A stretch of 64,000 bases of DNA, taken from NCBI GenBank assembly GCA_000004695.1, contig CM000151.3, forward strand, positions 3,936,001 to 4,000,000, in the 5' to 3' direction. This document shows, one piece after another, positions 1-13,603 of this stretch; position 1 is the stretch's first letter, and the number at the start of each line of letters is the position of its first letter. The position numbers and the translations under genes were made by a program. The notes under the pieces are model-generated. The model had not been told where the DNA came from. It did not search any database and saw only the letters and a list, made by a program, of their open reading frames with translations. Source of the stretch: Dictyostelium discoideum. Lineage: Eukaryota.

Positions 1-431
1 AATTAAAAAAAGTAAAGATATACCCCTAAATAATTAATAATTAACAAATCAAACCCCTAAATAATTAATAATAATAATAATCAAAATAAAAACCCTGGAA
101 AAATAAAAAAAAAAATAAAAATAAAAAAAAAAATAAAAAAATCTATTTTTTCACACAACAAATTTTTTTAATTTTTTCAATTTTTTTTTTAATTTTTTTT
201 TTTTTATTTTTTTTTTTTTTTAACAATTTTTTTTTTTTTTTTTTTTTTTTTCCAATTAACATCACAAAAAAAAGCATCAACACTAATATTTTTATTTTTA
301 TAATAATATCTTTTTAGACTAAAAAAAAAAGTAGTAACAAAATTACTTTTTTTCATTTACTATATATTTTTTTTTTTCATTTTCTTAAAAACTTGTATTG
401 ATTGATTGGATTGATCATTTCACAAATTAAA

Positions 432-466
<35 letters not shown>

Positions 467-1051
467 AGATTCATTTTCATTTTTCAATATGTCAAACGCT
501 AAAAAACAACAAAATCCAGGGATTGAAATCACACTTAAAACTATAAATGTAAGGATTATAATTTAAAATTAATTTTTTTCATTTTTTTATTTTTATTTTT
601 AACTACCTCCTAAGAACTGGGGAATGTTTTTAAAAATTAAAAATTAAAAAAATAAAAATAAAAATAAAAATAAAAAAATAAAAATAAAAACAAAAGTAAT
701 CAAAAAGTAGAAATTTTTATTAATATAATTTAAACTTTTATACCTCATTTTTTATTATTTTCATTTTTTTTTTTTTCTCAAAAATTAAATTAAAATTTTC
801 AAATAAATCAATCAAAACACAATCCACTCCGTAACCTTATATATAAAATGTCAAAAAAAAAAAAAAAAAAAATGAAAAAAAATCAATCAAAAAAAAAAAA
901 AAAAAAAATAAAATAAAATAAAATTAAATAAAAAAAATATCAAATCCTTCCTATCTCTCCCCAATTTTCCCAAAATATATTTATGACATCACCAAACATA
1001 TATAAATAAAAAAATAGAACTTAAAAGTAAATTCACCACCATTATTTACAG

Positions 1052-1869
1052 AAGTAATTAAAGCAGCAAATAAATATCAACAACAAGCACAAGCACTTTC
1101 ACAAGCAGGATTAGTTTTAGCAGATACACTTACAAGATTAACAATTCATAATGGAGGTGATTTTGGTGAAGGTTTCAAAAAATTAGCAGATGCAATTAAA
1201 GATTTGGAAAATAGAAGAGATGACGTTGCAAAAGTTTTATTAAATGAATTCATTACTCCAAATAAACAGGCTATTGAAGATGATCAAAAAGCAATTGCTG
1301 TATGTACTTTTTTTTTTTTTTTTTACTTCTTCTCCTCATTAATATCACTCCCACTCTCTCCCCTCCCCCTCTAACTTTCTTTACCTTTTTTTTACCTTTT
1401 TTTTACCTTTTTTAATTTTTTATTTTAGACTTTTGAAAAAAATTATAAAAAAGATAGAGATCAAATGAGACAAGATATTCTCAAATTAGAAGCTAAAACC
1501 AGAAAAGCTGGTAAAAAGACTACTCCAGAAGTTTTAAAACAAGTAAGAAGAAAAAAAAAAAAAAAAAAAATTAAAAACCCCTCCCCAATTCAATACACTA
1601 ATTTAATATTTTTATTATTATTATTTAGCAAATTACAGAGTTAAATGATAAAATCAAAGAATCTGAACAATTAAATGCCAACAAACTTAGAGATGTAGTA
1701 TTAATGGAAAGAAGAAAGCATGCAACATTTTTATCACAATTTAATCAATTTTTAGAAAAAGAAATTGAATTATCAGCTGATACAATGTCAAAATTCTCAA
1801 CAAATTTAAATACACATAGAGATTTAATTAATAGTCAATCACAAGTAGGTGTCTTTTTTTTATAGTACC

Positions 1870-1966
<97 letters not shown>

Positions 1967-2415
1967 GTAATCTAATTTTGTTTTTGCTTTATTTTTTTAT
2001 TTTTTTTTTTTAGTTACCACTTGAAATGGAATCAATGATTAGTAAACAAGAGAGAACATTAGTACAAATTCAACCACAAGGTGACACAGGATCAGATGCA
2101 TATCGTATTTCATATGCACCAGGAACAATTCAAACTACTGGTGGTGGTGATCAATATTATGAATCTTATGAATCCTATGATAATTATGATAATTATGATA
2201 ATTATGATGATGGTGGTAGTGGTGGTCTTGGTGGTAGTGAATTACAAGCTAGAGCATTATACGATTATGAAAGTGCCGAACCTTCTGATTTAAATTTGAA
2301 AGCTGGTGATATCATCTCTGTAATTCAACAAGATGATGGTTCTGGTTGGACTAAAGGTAGAAATTATGAAGGAAATGAAGGTATTTTCCCTTCAACTTAT
2401 ATTGAATACGTATAA
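1052..2415 (+). CDS. ibrA: I-BAR (IMD) domain protein with C-terminal SH3 domain, IRSp53/IBARa-like. Four 3' exons are resolved: 1052..1299, 1429..1542, 1629..1844, 2014..2415. The 5' start exon is unresolved (candidate ATG at 489).
   Basis: Manual translation gives a helical N-terminal region (EVIKAANKYQQQAQALSQAGLVLADTLTRL...KLADAIKDLENRRDD) and a textbook SH3 domain at the C-terminus (ALYDYESAEPSDLNLKAGDIISVIQQDDGSGWTKGRNYEGNEGIFPSTY). Donors are GTATGT/GTAAGA/GTAGGT and acceptors are T-rich+AG. There is a (TAA)n microsatellite in the last intron. An ATG at 489 with donor GTAAGG at 549 is the wrong phase for the 1052 acceptor, so the first exon is uncertain. Confidence 0.6.
1871..1972. repeat. 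(TAA)n microsatellite of about 33 units inside an intron of the I-BAR gene.
   Basis: Perfect ATAATAATA... run is seen directly in the sequence. Confidence 0.95.
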
Positions 2416-2537
2416 AAACAAAACAAAACAAAAACAAAACAAAAAAAAAAACAAAAAAAACAAAAAAACTATCATTTTTAAAAATATCCAAAATTTAATT
2501 AATAATAATAATACTTTTTTTTTTTCCCCTCAAGTCC

Positions 2538-2570
<33 letters not shown>

Positions 2571-2971
2571 CCACCACACACCCACACCTCCAAAATTGTA
2601 CTTATTTATTAACTTACCTAACACATTGCCATGGCAATCATAATCAATCAATCAATAATTAAAAAAAAAAAAAGAAAAATTTAAATAAAAAAAAAATATA
2701 AAAAATATGTTATCAATCTTCTTGTGTAATTGAGTTTTTGGAAATTTTTTTTTTTTTGACCCAAGCATAAATTAAGATATTCCCATCATTTTGGAACACC
2801 AGTTTTGTTTTTTTTTTTTTTTTTAATATGTACGAGTTTTTTTTTATTTTTTGTTTTTGTTTTTTGTTTTTGTTGTTTTTGTTGTTTCTTGTTTTTTTTT
2901 TTTTTATTATTTTCTAATATTACTAAGGTTTATTATATATATATAAATGTTTTTTTCTTTTTACTATTATT

Positions 2972-3599
2972 TTAAAGGTCTCTGAGAAGTGCGGCAGCTC
3001 TCTTTCCAGTTTGTGGTGGCATCCATCTTGTAAAGTATACATTTTGATGTGGTGATGCAAGGAAACTATAATAATAATAATTATAATAATATAGTAGTAA
3101 TTATTTGTTAATAACTAAACTAATTTACCATATGGTTCTCCTCCTCCTCCTCCTCCTCCTCCTATATATTATTTGTTGGGAAAATTTCTGAATAAATAAT
3201 AAATAAATATAAAAATCTATAATCTTACTTAATATCATTCTCTGCTTGTAAAATTGGTAAAATCATTGATAATCTTCTCTTTTCTTCTTCTTCTCTTGCG
3301 CTAAATTTGCAAAAAATAATAAAACAAAGAGTTAGACATATGATCATATGTAGCAATTATAAAAAAAAGAATTTAAATATTATTATTATTTATTATTTAT
3401 TATTGTTATTATTTTATTCTTACTTTCTTTCAACTTTATCTGAAAAGAAAATGTAAGTACCAACAGCCATAATTGAAAAGACACCTGCGAAAATGTAGGC
3501 ACCTGGAATTGGTGAAGTTGAAGTTCTAGCATATTTTAATTTTGGGAAACCTCCAGCTGGTGGTAAATCTTGTACCCATTTTTGTCTATATCCAACCAT
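2972..3599 (-). CDS. ndufa13: NADH dehydrogenase (ubiquinone) 1 alpha subcomplex subunit 13 (GRIM-19/NDUFA13). Three exons: 3424..3599, 3229..3300, 2972..3065.
   Basis: Minus-strand translation gives MVGYRQKWVQDLPPAGGFPKLKYARTSTSPIPGAYIFAGVFSIMAVGTY...REEEEKRRLSMILPILQAENDI...FLASPHQNVYFTRWMPPQTGKRAAALLRDL*. This matches the GRIM-19 PPGG / TM helix / RRRL..LLQAE.D motifs. Splice phases are consistent (2,2). Confidence 0.8.
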
Positions 3600-3967
3600 T
3601 TTTTTATATTATGTAAATGTATGATTCAAATTGTGATTGAAAAAAAAAAAAAAAAAAAAAATTAAAAAATTCAAAAAAATTCAAAAAAAAAAATAAAAAA
3701 AAAAAAAAAAAATATGAGCGACAATGCTCTTTCTCTCTCTCCTCTAGAAAATGAAAATATGAGAAAACAGTATTTACAATTTTTTTATTTTTATTGAATA
3801 TTAAAAAATCCCTTTTTTTTTTGGTGTCATTATTAAATTCATTTTTCGTTTTTCGTTTTTTGTTTTTTTTTTTGTGTGCATCTTAAAAATTTAGATCTTT
3901 CCATTTCTTTTTTTTTTTTTTTTTTTTTTACTTTTTATGATATAGTCAAATTTGGTGAGTTTTTTTT

Positions 3968-4520
3968 TAACAACCATATAATCTTGTGTACATTCTAGCT
4001 AATGAGTCATGACCTTTAACATCACCATTTCTAATTAAATTACCTGCGTCACAATTTAAAGGGCTATCAGCCTCTGGTAATGATAATAATGCTATAATTG
4101 ATCTACAAACTGACTGAAGGGTATAAATTGCTGACCATGATGTTTTTAATAAATCTAAACAAATTTCACCAGTCTAAATATATATATTATTTTTTTAAAA
4201 AAAAAGTGTGTGTGTTAGATATTATTATTCTTTTATTATTTTTATTTATTTCTTTATTTATAGAGATTGAGATTTACCTTAAAATGAATATTTGGATGAA
4301 AAATTTTTGTAACAAATTTAATAGTTGGAGGTTGTAATGGATAGTTTGTAGGAACTGATATATCTAATTCAAATTTACCATTTTCATATGGTGTATCTGG
4401 TGGTCCCTTTATAATTGCTACCCATCTATATAAATCACTTTCATCTCTTGGATATAATAAAATGTCTTCAAATTCTTCATTTTGTAAGACTTTATATTCT
4501 TTCATTAATCTTGCTGCCAT
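3968..4520 (-). CDS. pex4: Peroxisomal ubiquitin-conjugating enzyme E2 (peroxin-4 / Pex4 / Ubc10-like). Two exons: 4278..4520, 3968..4173.
   Basis: Translation gives MAARLMKEYKVLQNEE...TPYENGKFELDISVPTNYPLQPPTIKFVTKIFHPNIHFK | TGEICLDLLKTSWSAIYTLQSVCRSIIALLSLPEADSPLNCDAGNLIRNGD... The UBC fold HPN motif and active-site Cys are present. It resembles yeast Pex4 closely (KEYK, TPYEN.F, SPLD.D.GN.IR.GD). Donor GTAAAT, acceptor TTTAG. Confidence 0.75.
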
Positions 4521-4912
4521 TTTTTATTTTTTTTTTATTTGTTAATTTTATTTATTATTATTATTATTATTATTGTTTTTTTGTATTCTTAAAAAAAAAA
4601 AAAACTTCCTTCTCGTGTTCTTTTGTGTTTTTTTTTTGTGTTGTTAAACGTAACTTCTTTGTGAGTGTGTTTTCTTTTTTTTAATTTAAAAAAAAAATAT
4701 ATTTTTTTTATTTTTTTTATTATTTTTTTTATTTTTTTTTTTTATTTTTTTTTTGCAACCTACTTGAAAAAAGAAAAAAAAAAAAAAAAAAAAAAATTAA
4801 AAAAAAAAAAAAGAAATTAGATAGGTTTTTTTTTTTTTTTTTTTATTAATACGTTATCACATTCACAATTTTAATTTTACTTATTTATTTTATTTATTTA
4901 TTTATTTATTTT

Positions 4913-4945
<33 letters not shown>

Positions 4946-5345
4946 CAAAACCACATTTCCCCAATCACAACAATAAACCACCTTTAAAAAAAAAAACAAA
5001 AAACAAAAAACAAAATTTTTTATTTTTAAACCATCTATCTTTTTTTTTTTTTTCCATCCATTAAAATAATAATATTATTATTTATTTTTAAACAATTTAT
5101 TAGCAATATTTATTTTTTTTATCCATTTTAATTTTTATACATATAAAAAAACAATAAACATAATTAATTTACACATTAAAATAAAATATATATTTTCTTT
5201 TTTAATTAAAAAACAAATCGATAATAATTTATAAAAATATACTATATAACAAAATAAAATAAAATAAAATAAAATAAAATAAAATAAAATAAAAAAAAAC
5301 AATAATTTGCCTTTTTTTTTTTAATTTTACCCTATTCATTTTTAA
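4521..5345. promoter_or_regulatory. Divergent AT-rich promoter region shared by pex4 (minus strand) and the DHHC gene (plus strand). It contains (AAAAT)n at 5252-5290.
   Basis: Head-to-head ATGs at 4520 and 5346 with an 825-bp AT/homopolymer-rich spacer. Inference from gene arrangement only. Confidence 0.4.
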
Positions 5346-6811
5346 ATGAACCTATACAACAATAGTAATAGTAGTGGTAGTAGTAATAGTAGTAGCAGCA
5401 GTAACAATAAAACTAATATTGACTATAATGATATAAATAATAATGATATCTTAACTCCCAAAGGATATCACACAAGTATATATATAGACGATAATGATTT
5501 AAATAATAATCAAATTATCAACAAAAATAATAACAACAACCATAATCGCAATAATAATAATAATAATAATAATAACAATAACCATAATAACCCGAAGAAA
5601 ATGGTAATAAATTTAAATCCATCTGGAATATTTATACCTTTAATGAATGATTTTGATGATGATGATGATGACGAACAAGAAAGTTTAATAAAAAATAATA
5701 AAATTACAATACCAACAATAAATTCACAAATAGCGATACCAATATTAAATAATAACGATAATAATAATAATAGTAATAATAAAACTGAACAAACAACAAC
5801 AACAACAACAATAATAAAGAATACAACGATTTTTAATAATAAAACTATTTCATTTGGTAGAATTGGATTTAGGTCAATTGTAATATTTTTAATATTAGTA
5901 CCATATATTTATATATTGAATTTTGCAATATTTCCATGGACAGTTAATTATGAAACAGAAAGAAAGGGTAAAATTCATAGTTTCATATCTATGGCATTGG
6001 TGATTCAAATGTTATGTAATTATTATTTATGTTCAACTACTGATCCTGGTAGTTTCAAAGACACCATATCACCATCATACTATCTATTACATCCAATCTC
6101 TTCAACCGATTCAAATGATCATAAGAAATGGTGTAACAAATGTAATCATCAAAAACCAGAACGAGCTCATCATTGTAGATATTGTAATAGATGTGTACTA
6201 AGAATGGATCATCATTGTCAATGGTTACAAAATTGTATTGGTTTATTTAATCAAAAATATTTTGTACTCTTTTTATTCTATACTTCAATATCAATTATTT
6301 ATTTCTTTACTTTATTAATTAAAAGATCAATTGAATTAGTAACAAAATATACAATGGTAATTATTATTATAATAATTATTATTATAATAATAATTATAAT
6401 AATAATAATAATATATTAGGATTAATTTAGAAATTATAATTTATTAACTTAATTTATTATTATTATTATTTTATAAAATAGGAAAAAACATTACCAAGTT
6501 TTGATTTATTACATTTATTTTTATTAGGAATTTTAATTATTATTTTAATTATAGCTGGTATTTCAATAATGGCATTGCTTTGGACTCAAATAGCATTAAT
6601 TAGTAAAGGTTTAACAACGATTGAACATGAAGATAAAAAAAGAAAATATCAACAACCAAATTATTTAAATTTATATAAAAAGTATGATAAAGGTTCAATA
6701 ATTTCAAATTTCTCAATTGTATTTGGAAATTTATCTTTTTTATGGTTATTACCAACCATACCAAATAATTTAAAAATAACTTCAAAAAAAGGTGACATTT
6801 TTATAGTTTAA
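5346..6811 (+). CDS. DHHC-type zinc-finger protein S-palmitoyltransferase. Two exons: 5346..6356, 6482..6811.
   Basis: DHHC-CRD signature CNKCNHQKPERAHHCRYCNRCVLRMDHHCQWLQNCIGLFNQKYF is flanked by four predicted TM helices. The N-terminus is N-rich low complexity. An in-frame intron (GTAATT...ATAG) removes the poly-I run at the end of ORF 5346..6419. Confidence 0.85.
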
Positions 6812-6971
6812 TATATTAATATATTAAAAATAAAATAAAATAAAAAATTTATAAATTTTATATATATATATATATATATATGTATATAAAATATAAAATT
6901 TTAAAATCAAAAATTTAAAATTGTTTTTCTTTTTTTTTTTATAATATTATACAATTATTTTATTTGAATAT

Positions 6972-7006
<35 letters not shown>

Positions 7007-7085
7007 AAAGGAAATATATGTATATTAAAGATGTGATTTATTAATTCTATTATTACTATAGTTATTATTATTATTATTATTATTA

Positions 7086-7974
7086 TTATTGTTCGTCATC
7101 TGATAAATTTGCATTTAAATCTCTAACAACTTTAAATTCATTATAATGTGCTTTTCTTAAATTATCGAATTTCTTTTTATTTTCTTTCTTTTCTTCAGTT
7201 TCATCTTCATCTTCATCTTCATTATCATCATTATCATCGCTGTCACTTCTCATATGAATTTTTAAATTCTTTTTCTTTTTCTTTTTATCTTTTTCTTTTT
7301 CTTTTTCTTGTTGTTGTTCATCATTATCTGAATCCCATTCACTCTTTTCTTGTTGTTTATCTAAAGCATTTTGAAGTTCTAAAAATTTATTTTCTAAATA
7401 TTTTTTACTTTCGTCTAATAATAATAAATAATAATAATAAAAAAAAAAAAGAGAACAACAATTAATATTAAAGAGAGAGAGAGAGTAAATAAAATTTATA
7501 AATTATTAATAATTTACCTGTTTCTTCTTCAGATTCATAATAATGATAAGGTGTTTTTGGTTCATCAATTTTCATTGTTGAAGATTTATTCATATCATTA
7601 ATTGTTAAATTTTCTTCATCCCAAACTATCCTATTCTTTTTTGGTGGTGGTTGTGATTTATTCTTTAAGATACCTTTGGTTGGAGTATTACCTTTTAATG
7701 TACTATATGGTATGATTTTGAATTCACCATTACTTGAACTTTTTGTTAAATTTCGTTTCTTTTTATAAAGAAACTTTTGATTTTGTTTTTCATCTTCACT
7801 ACTTTCTTCATCTTCTGCTTCATCATCATCATCATCATCATTAGTTTCACCATCTATATTATACATATCATCATCTAAATCAGATTCTTCTTCTTCTCCT
7901 TGTTCCTCTTCTCCTTCAATTGCATCATCATCTTTATAATGATGTTCTTCTAAAAATTCTTCATCTTTATTCAT
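7086..7974 (-). CDS. dpiA: Protein phosphatase 1 inhibitor-2 (IPP-2) homolog. Two exons: 7518..7974, 7086..7414.
   Basis: Conserved I-2 motifs are present: KKNRIVWDEENL (KxxxWDEMN), KIDEPKTPYH (KIDEPSTPYH), and C-terminal KKKFDNLRKAHYNEFK (KRQFEMKRKLHYNEG). Acidic D/E/S-rich stretches are typical of I-2. Phase-1 intron, GTAAAT...TTAG. Confidence 0.7.
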
Positions 7975-8330
7975 TATTTAAATTATTTTTATATTGGTTT
8001 TTTTTTATTTTATTTTTTTTTTTTTAAATTATGCTTATTAAAATAATTTATATTATTATTATTATTATAAGAATTATTATTATAATTATTATTATAATTA
8101 TTATTACTTTTTTATTTAAAATTTAAAATTATTTATTATTTATTTATTTAATTATTTATTTAATTAATTATTTTAAAAAATGTGTCTGTTGGTAGAATTA
8201 TTGTAAAATGAAATTAAAAAAAAAAAAAAAAAAAAAAATAAAGATTTTTTTTTTTTTAAACAAAATAAATTGTGAATTGGAAAAAAAAAAAAATTAAATG
8301 AAATTAAAAAAAAAAGAAAAACAAAAATTG

Positions 8331-8334
<4 letters not shown>

Positions 8335-8405
<71 letters not shown>
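8335..8405. repeat. Poly(dA) homopolymer tract of about 71 nt.
   Basis: Seen directly in the sequence. It lies in the intergenic region between the I-2 gene start and the 3' end of the next minus-strand gene. Confidence 0.95.
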
Positions 8406-8409
<4 letters not shown>

Positions 8410-8534
8410 TGTTTGGAAGGGGGTGAGATATTTTTAAAATCTGGAAATTTTTTTTATTAATAAATTAAAATTTGTTAAAGTATGTGTTGTATGTTTGTGT
8501 GTGAGAGGGGATGAATGGATTTCATTTAATTCCT

Positions 8535-9071
8535 TTATTCTGAAGGGAGTTTTGAATTTTCACTTTGGTAAACATATTCACTAACAATCTTTGGAGAGAT
8601 GGTTGTTGAAGTTGAAGATGATGGTGCTGATGTTTCTTTAATAATTGTTGGAATGATTATATTCTTTTCAGCAGGTTGAGTTTGAGGGTTTTCATAAAAA
8701 GTAGTTGATGTTGAAGTTGAAGTTGATAAATCACCAGCATTGGTTGTGTTACTAGAGACATAAGTTGACTTTTGTTGAATTGGACTATTAGTTTCACTAA
8801 CACTTAATCTCTTGAAAGATGATGATGTACCTTCATCCATTTTTAAATCATCAATTTTTGTACCTTTTGGAACTTCATAAGTTGTTGTGGTAGTTGTTGT
8901 TGTAGTTTCTTCAATGGTTTGTTCACTTTCTTTATCATCATTAGATGATGCATCATCTTTTTCATCAAAAATAATTGAACCATGTGGTACTGGATAATTA
9001 TGATCTTTTGGAATCCAATTTGAATGATATTTTTCATAAGTTGGTGGTAACTATTTTTAAAAAAAATTTTT

Positions 9072-9102
<31 letters not shown>

Positions 9103-9105
9103 TGT

Positions 9106-9138
<33 letters not shown>

Positions 9139-9986
9139 AGTAATAATAAAACAAACATACAGATTGATCAATTAAACCAAATCTTGAATGTAATTTTTCT
9201 TTAACTGGTTTTTGGTCCAAACTTAATCTAAAACTATGAACTACTTCATAACCATGATTAAAGAAACTTTGTAAATCAAATAACAATTGTCTTGAGAAAT
9301 GAAGATTATCGACACTCTTGAATTCCAAATCTCTAATATCATGTTGATATTTACGATAACTATCATCATAGATAATTGTAGCTTTTTCAGCAACAGCTTC
9401 TTTCTATAAAATTAAAAAAAAAAAAAAAATAGATTTATTAATAATTATTATTATAATTAGTTTTTTAAAATAATTATTTTTACAAAAAATTAATTTTAAT
9501 TACCTTTTTTAAAGTTGTTGGATTGGTTTTAGATTTTGATCTATATTTATCCAATTTATGAGTAGCATGATCGGCACGAACTCTATTGTTTTCCATTTGG
9601 TGGTTTTGTTTCTTTAATTTTTCAACAGAATGATGAGAGATGATTTCAGCATTATCATGAATTCCAATTTTAGTGGTTTTGAGAATTGGAAACATAAGAT
9701 TTTGAAGTCTATGGAAACCTTCGGATAATTCATGAATTCTTGAATTATCAATATAGAGACCACCACCGAAACTGTTAATGGTATTGGCTAATACCTCCCA
9801 TTTGGTTTGCATATCTTGAACTGAATCCATCCATGATTCAGAATGGTCTGCCAATAATTGATAATCGGATCTAATTATTTTACTCTCTGATTTTAATGAT
9901 TTTGGATGATTACCATCTTGAACTGAATGATCCTGATGATGAACATGTTCTTGAGTTTTATAAATTCTATTTTTAACTGATTCCAT
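8535..9986 (-). CDS. Coiled-coil, probably BAR-domain-like, protein with a Thr/Ser-rich C-terminus; function unknown. Three exons: 9504..9986, 9161..9403, 8535..9050.
   Basis: Three in-phase exons join ORFs 9480..9986, part of 8843..9328 and 8535..8840. Helical segments (ELSEGFHRLQNLMFPILK..., VEKLKKQNHQMENNRVRADHATHKLDKYRSK) resemble BAR/amphipathic helices, but no family is assigned with confidence. The C-terminal half is poly-T/S low complexity. Confidence 0.45.
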
Positions 9987-9991
9987 AATTT

Positions 9992-10029
<38 letters not shown>

Positions 10030-10317
10030 ATTATATAAGTTTTGTAATTTTATAAAGATAATATTATTATTTAAAGTGTTGGTATATTTTATTTTTTATT
10101 TAATTTTATTTAATATAGATAATAATATATTATTTATAAATTATATAAAATTGTTTAATTTTTTTAATTTTTGAAAATGAATGACAAAACAAAATTTTAC
10201 ATTTTATACAATACTTTTAGATTTGAAAAAAAAATATCAAGATCATTAATTATCCAATTTTGGTAAAATAAAAATTTAATTTTTTTTTTTTGTTTTTTTA
10301 AATTTAAAATTTCTAAA

Positions 10318-10585
10318 AAAAGAATTTTTTGTGGTTTACTAATTTTTTATCCTTGGAATTAATTTTATTTTTTTTATTTTTTTTTTTTTATTTTTTTATT
10401 TTTTTATTTTTTTATTTTTTTTTATAGTAAAAACTTTTTTATTATTTTTTTTATTTTTTTTATTTTTTTTTTGTAAAACCACAAGATTTACAAAAATTAA
10501 ATTAAATAAAATAAAAATAAATTAAAAAAAAAAGTTTTTACTAAAAAAAAGAATTTTTTGTGGTTTACTAATTTTTTATATTCGG
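10318..10585. repeat. Pair of direct repeats of about 40 bp, 230 bp apart, each containing TTTTGTGGTTTAC, with inverted-repeat partners between them.
   Basis: AAAAAAAGAATTTTTTGTGGTTTACTAATTTTTTAT occurs at 10318-10352 and again at 10546-10581. Inverted partners are GTAAAAACTTTTTT (10429) versus AAAAAGTTTTTAC (10531), and AAACCACAAG (10478) versus the TTGTGGTTT units. Confidence 0.6.
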
Positions 10586-10870
10586 TATTATTTTTTTTAT
10601 TTTTTTTTTTATTTTTCTATTTTTTATTTTATTTTATTTTATTTTTATTTTATAACCTGGGTATTAAATAAATTATTTTAAAATAAAATTTAAATTTATA
10701 TAACTTTTTTTTTTTTTTTTTTTTTTTTATTATTAGAATTTTAATATGAAGTTGGAGTATTAATATGGTTATTATAACTATCATTTTCTAAATTTAAAGA
10801 TTTATTAAATAAATTATTTTAAAATAAGATTTAAATTTAGTAATTTTTTTTTTTGTTTCTAATAAATATT

Positions 10871-12811
<1,941 letters not shown>

Positions 12812-13603
12812 TATATTTTTATTTTTTTTAAATAAAACAATAGATGTGGACGTCGATTTTTAATTATTTATTTTTAAACGTTTTTTGTTTTTAATTTTTT
12901 AATTTTTAATTTTTAAATTGTTTTTTTTTTTTTTTTTTTTTTTTATCAATAGGAATAATCTTTGTTTTGGATAATACTATGGAAATGTTTTGGATAAAAA
13001 GTTAAAATACTAATACAAAAAAAGTTATTGTTTACAGGGTTGGCCGGATTTAAAAATTTAGCATTAAAGTGGTGAAAAGTAATATTTTATGCGGCGTAGG
13101 TGAGTTTATAACTCCTTTTTTTTTTTTTTTTTTACTTTTATTTTTTTTTATTTACTTTTATTTCTGCAGCTCCCCTTATTGTTTAAATCACACACACACA
13201 TTTTTTAAAAAAAATTATTTTTAATTTAATTTTTTTTTATAAAGAAAAAAAAAAAAATATTAATAAAAAAAATTAAAGAAGATCGAAATTTCAAGAAGTG
13301 AATAGTAATAATAATATTTTTATCTTTCAATCATTATTCTTTGGAAAAAAAAAAAATAAAAAAATAAAAATAAAAAAAAAAAAAATAAAAATTAATCACA
13401 ATAGCGATTTTCGTTTTTTCCAAAGTTTCACTTTTTTTTTTTTTAAAATTTTTTTTTTTTTTATTAATTAAAAAAAGAAATTCAATTTTTTTTTTTTTTT
13501 TTTTTTTGGCAGATCCCAATTTTATTTGCAAAAAAAAAAAAAAAAAAAATTAAATTGTGATTGTCACATAAAAAAAAAAAAAAAAATAAATAAATAAAAT
13601 AAA
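12812..13603. promoter_or_regulatory. Divergent promoter region between the MFS transporter (minus strand) and mppA (plus strand). It contains an unusually GC-rich 60-bp core at 13036-13095.
   Basis: Head-to-head gene starts. GGTTGGCCGGATTT...ATGCGGCGTAGGTGAGTTT stands out from the surrounding sequence, which is more than 85 percent AT. Confidence 0.35.

Noticed and set aside
4098-4684. Plus-strand ORFs 4098..4337 and 4415..4684
   Set aside because: They are antisense to the pex4 exons and promoter and are dominated by F/L/I/K/Y low complexity from AT-rich DNA.
8843-9328. ORF 8843..9328 (-) as a single exon
   Set aside because: It reads through an intron (poly-K/F from the A/T run). The gene model instead uses exons 9161..9403 and 8535..9050 with GTATGT/ATAG splice sites, which keep the frame.
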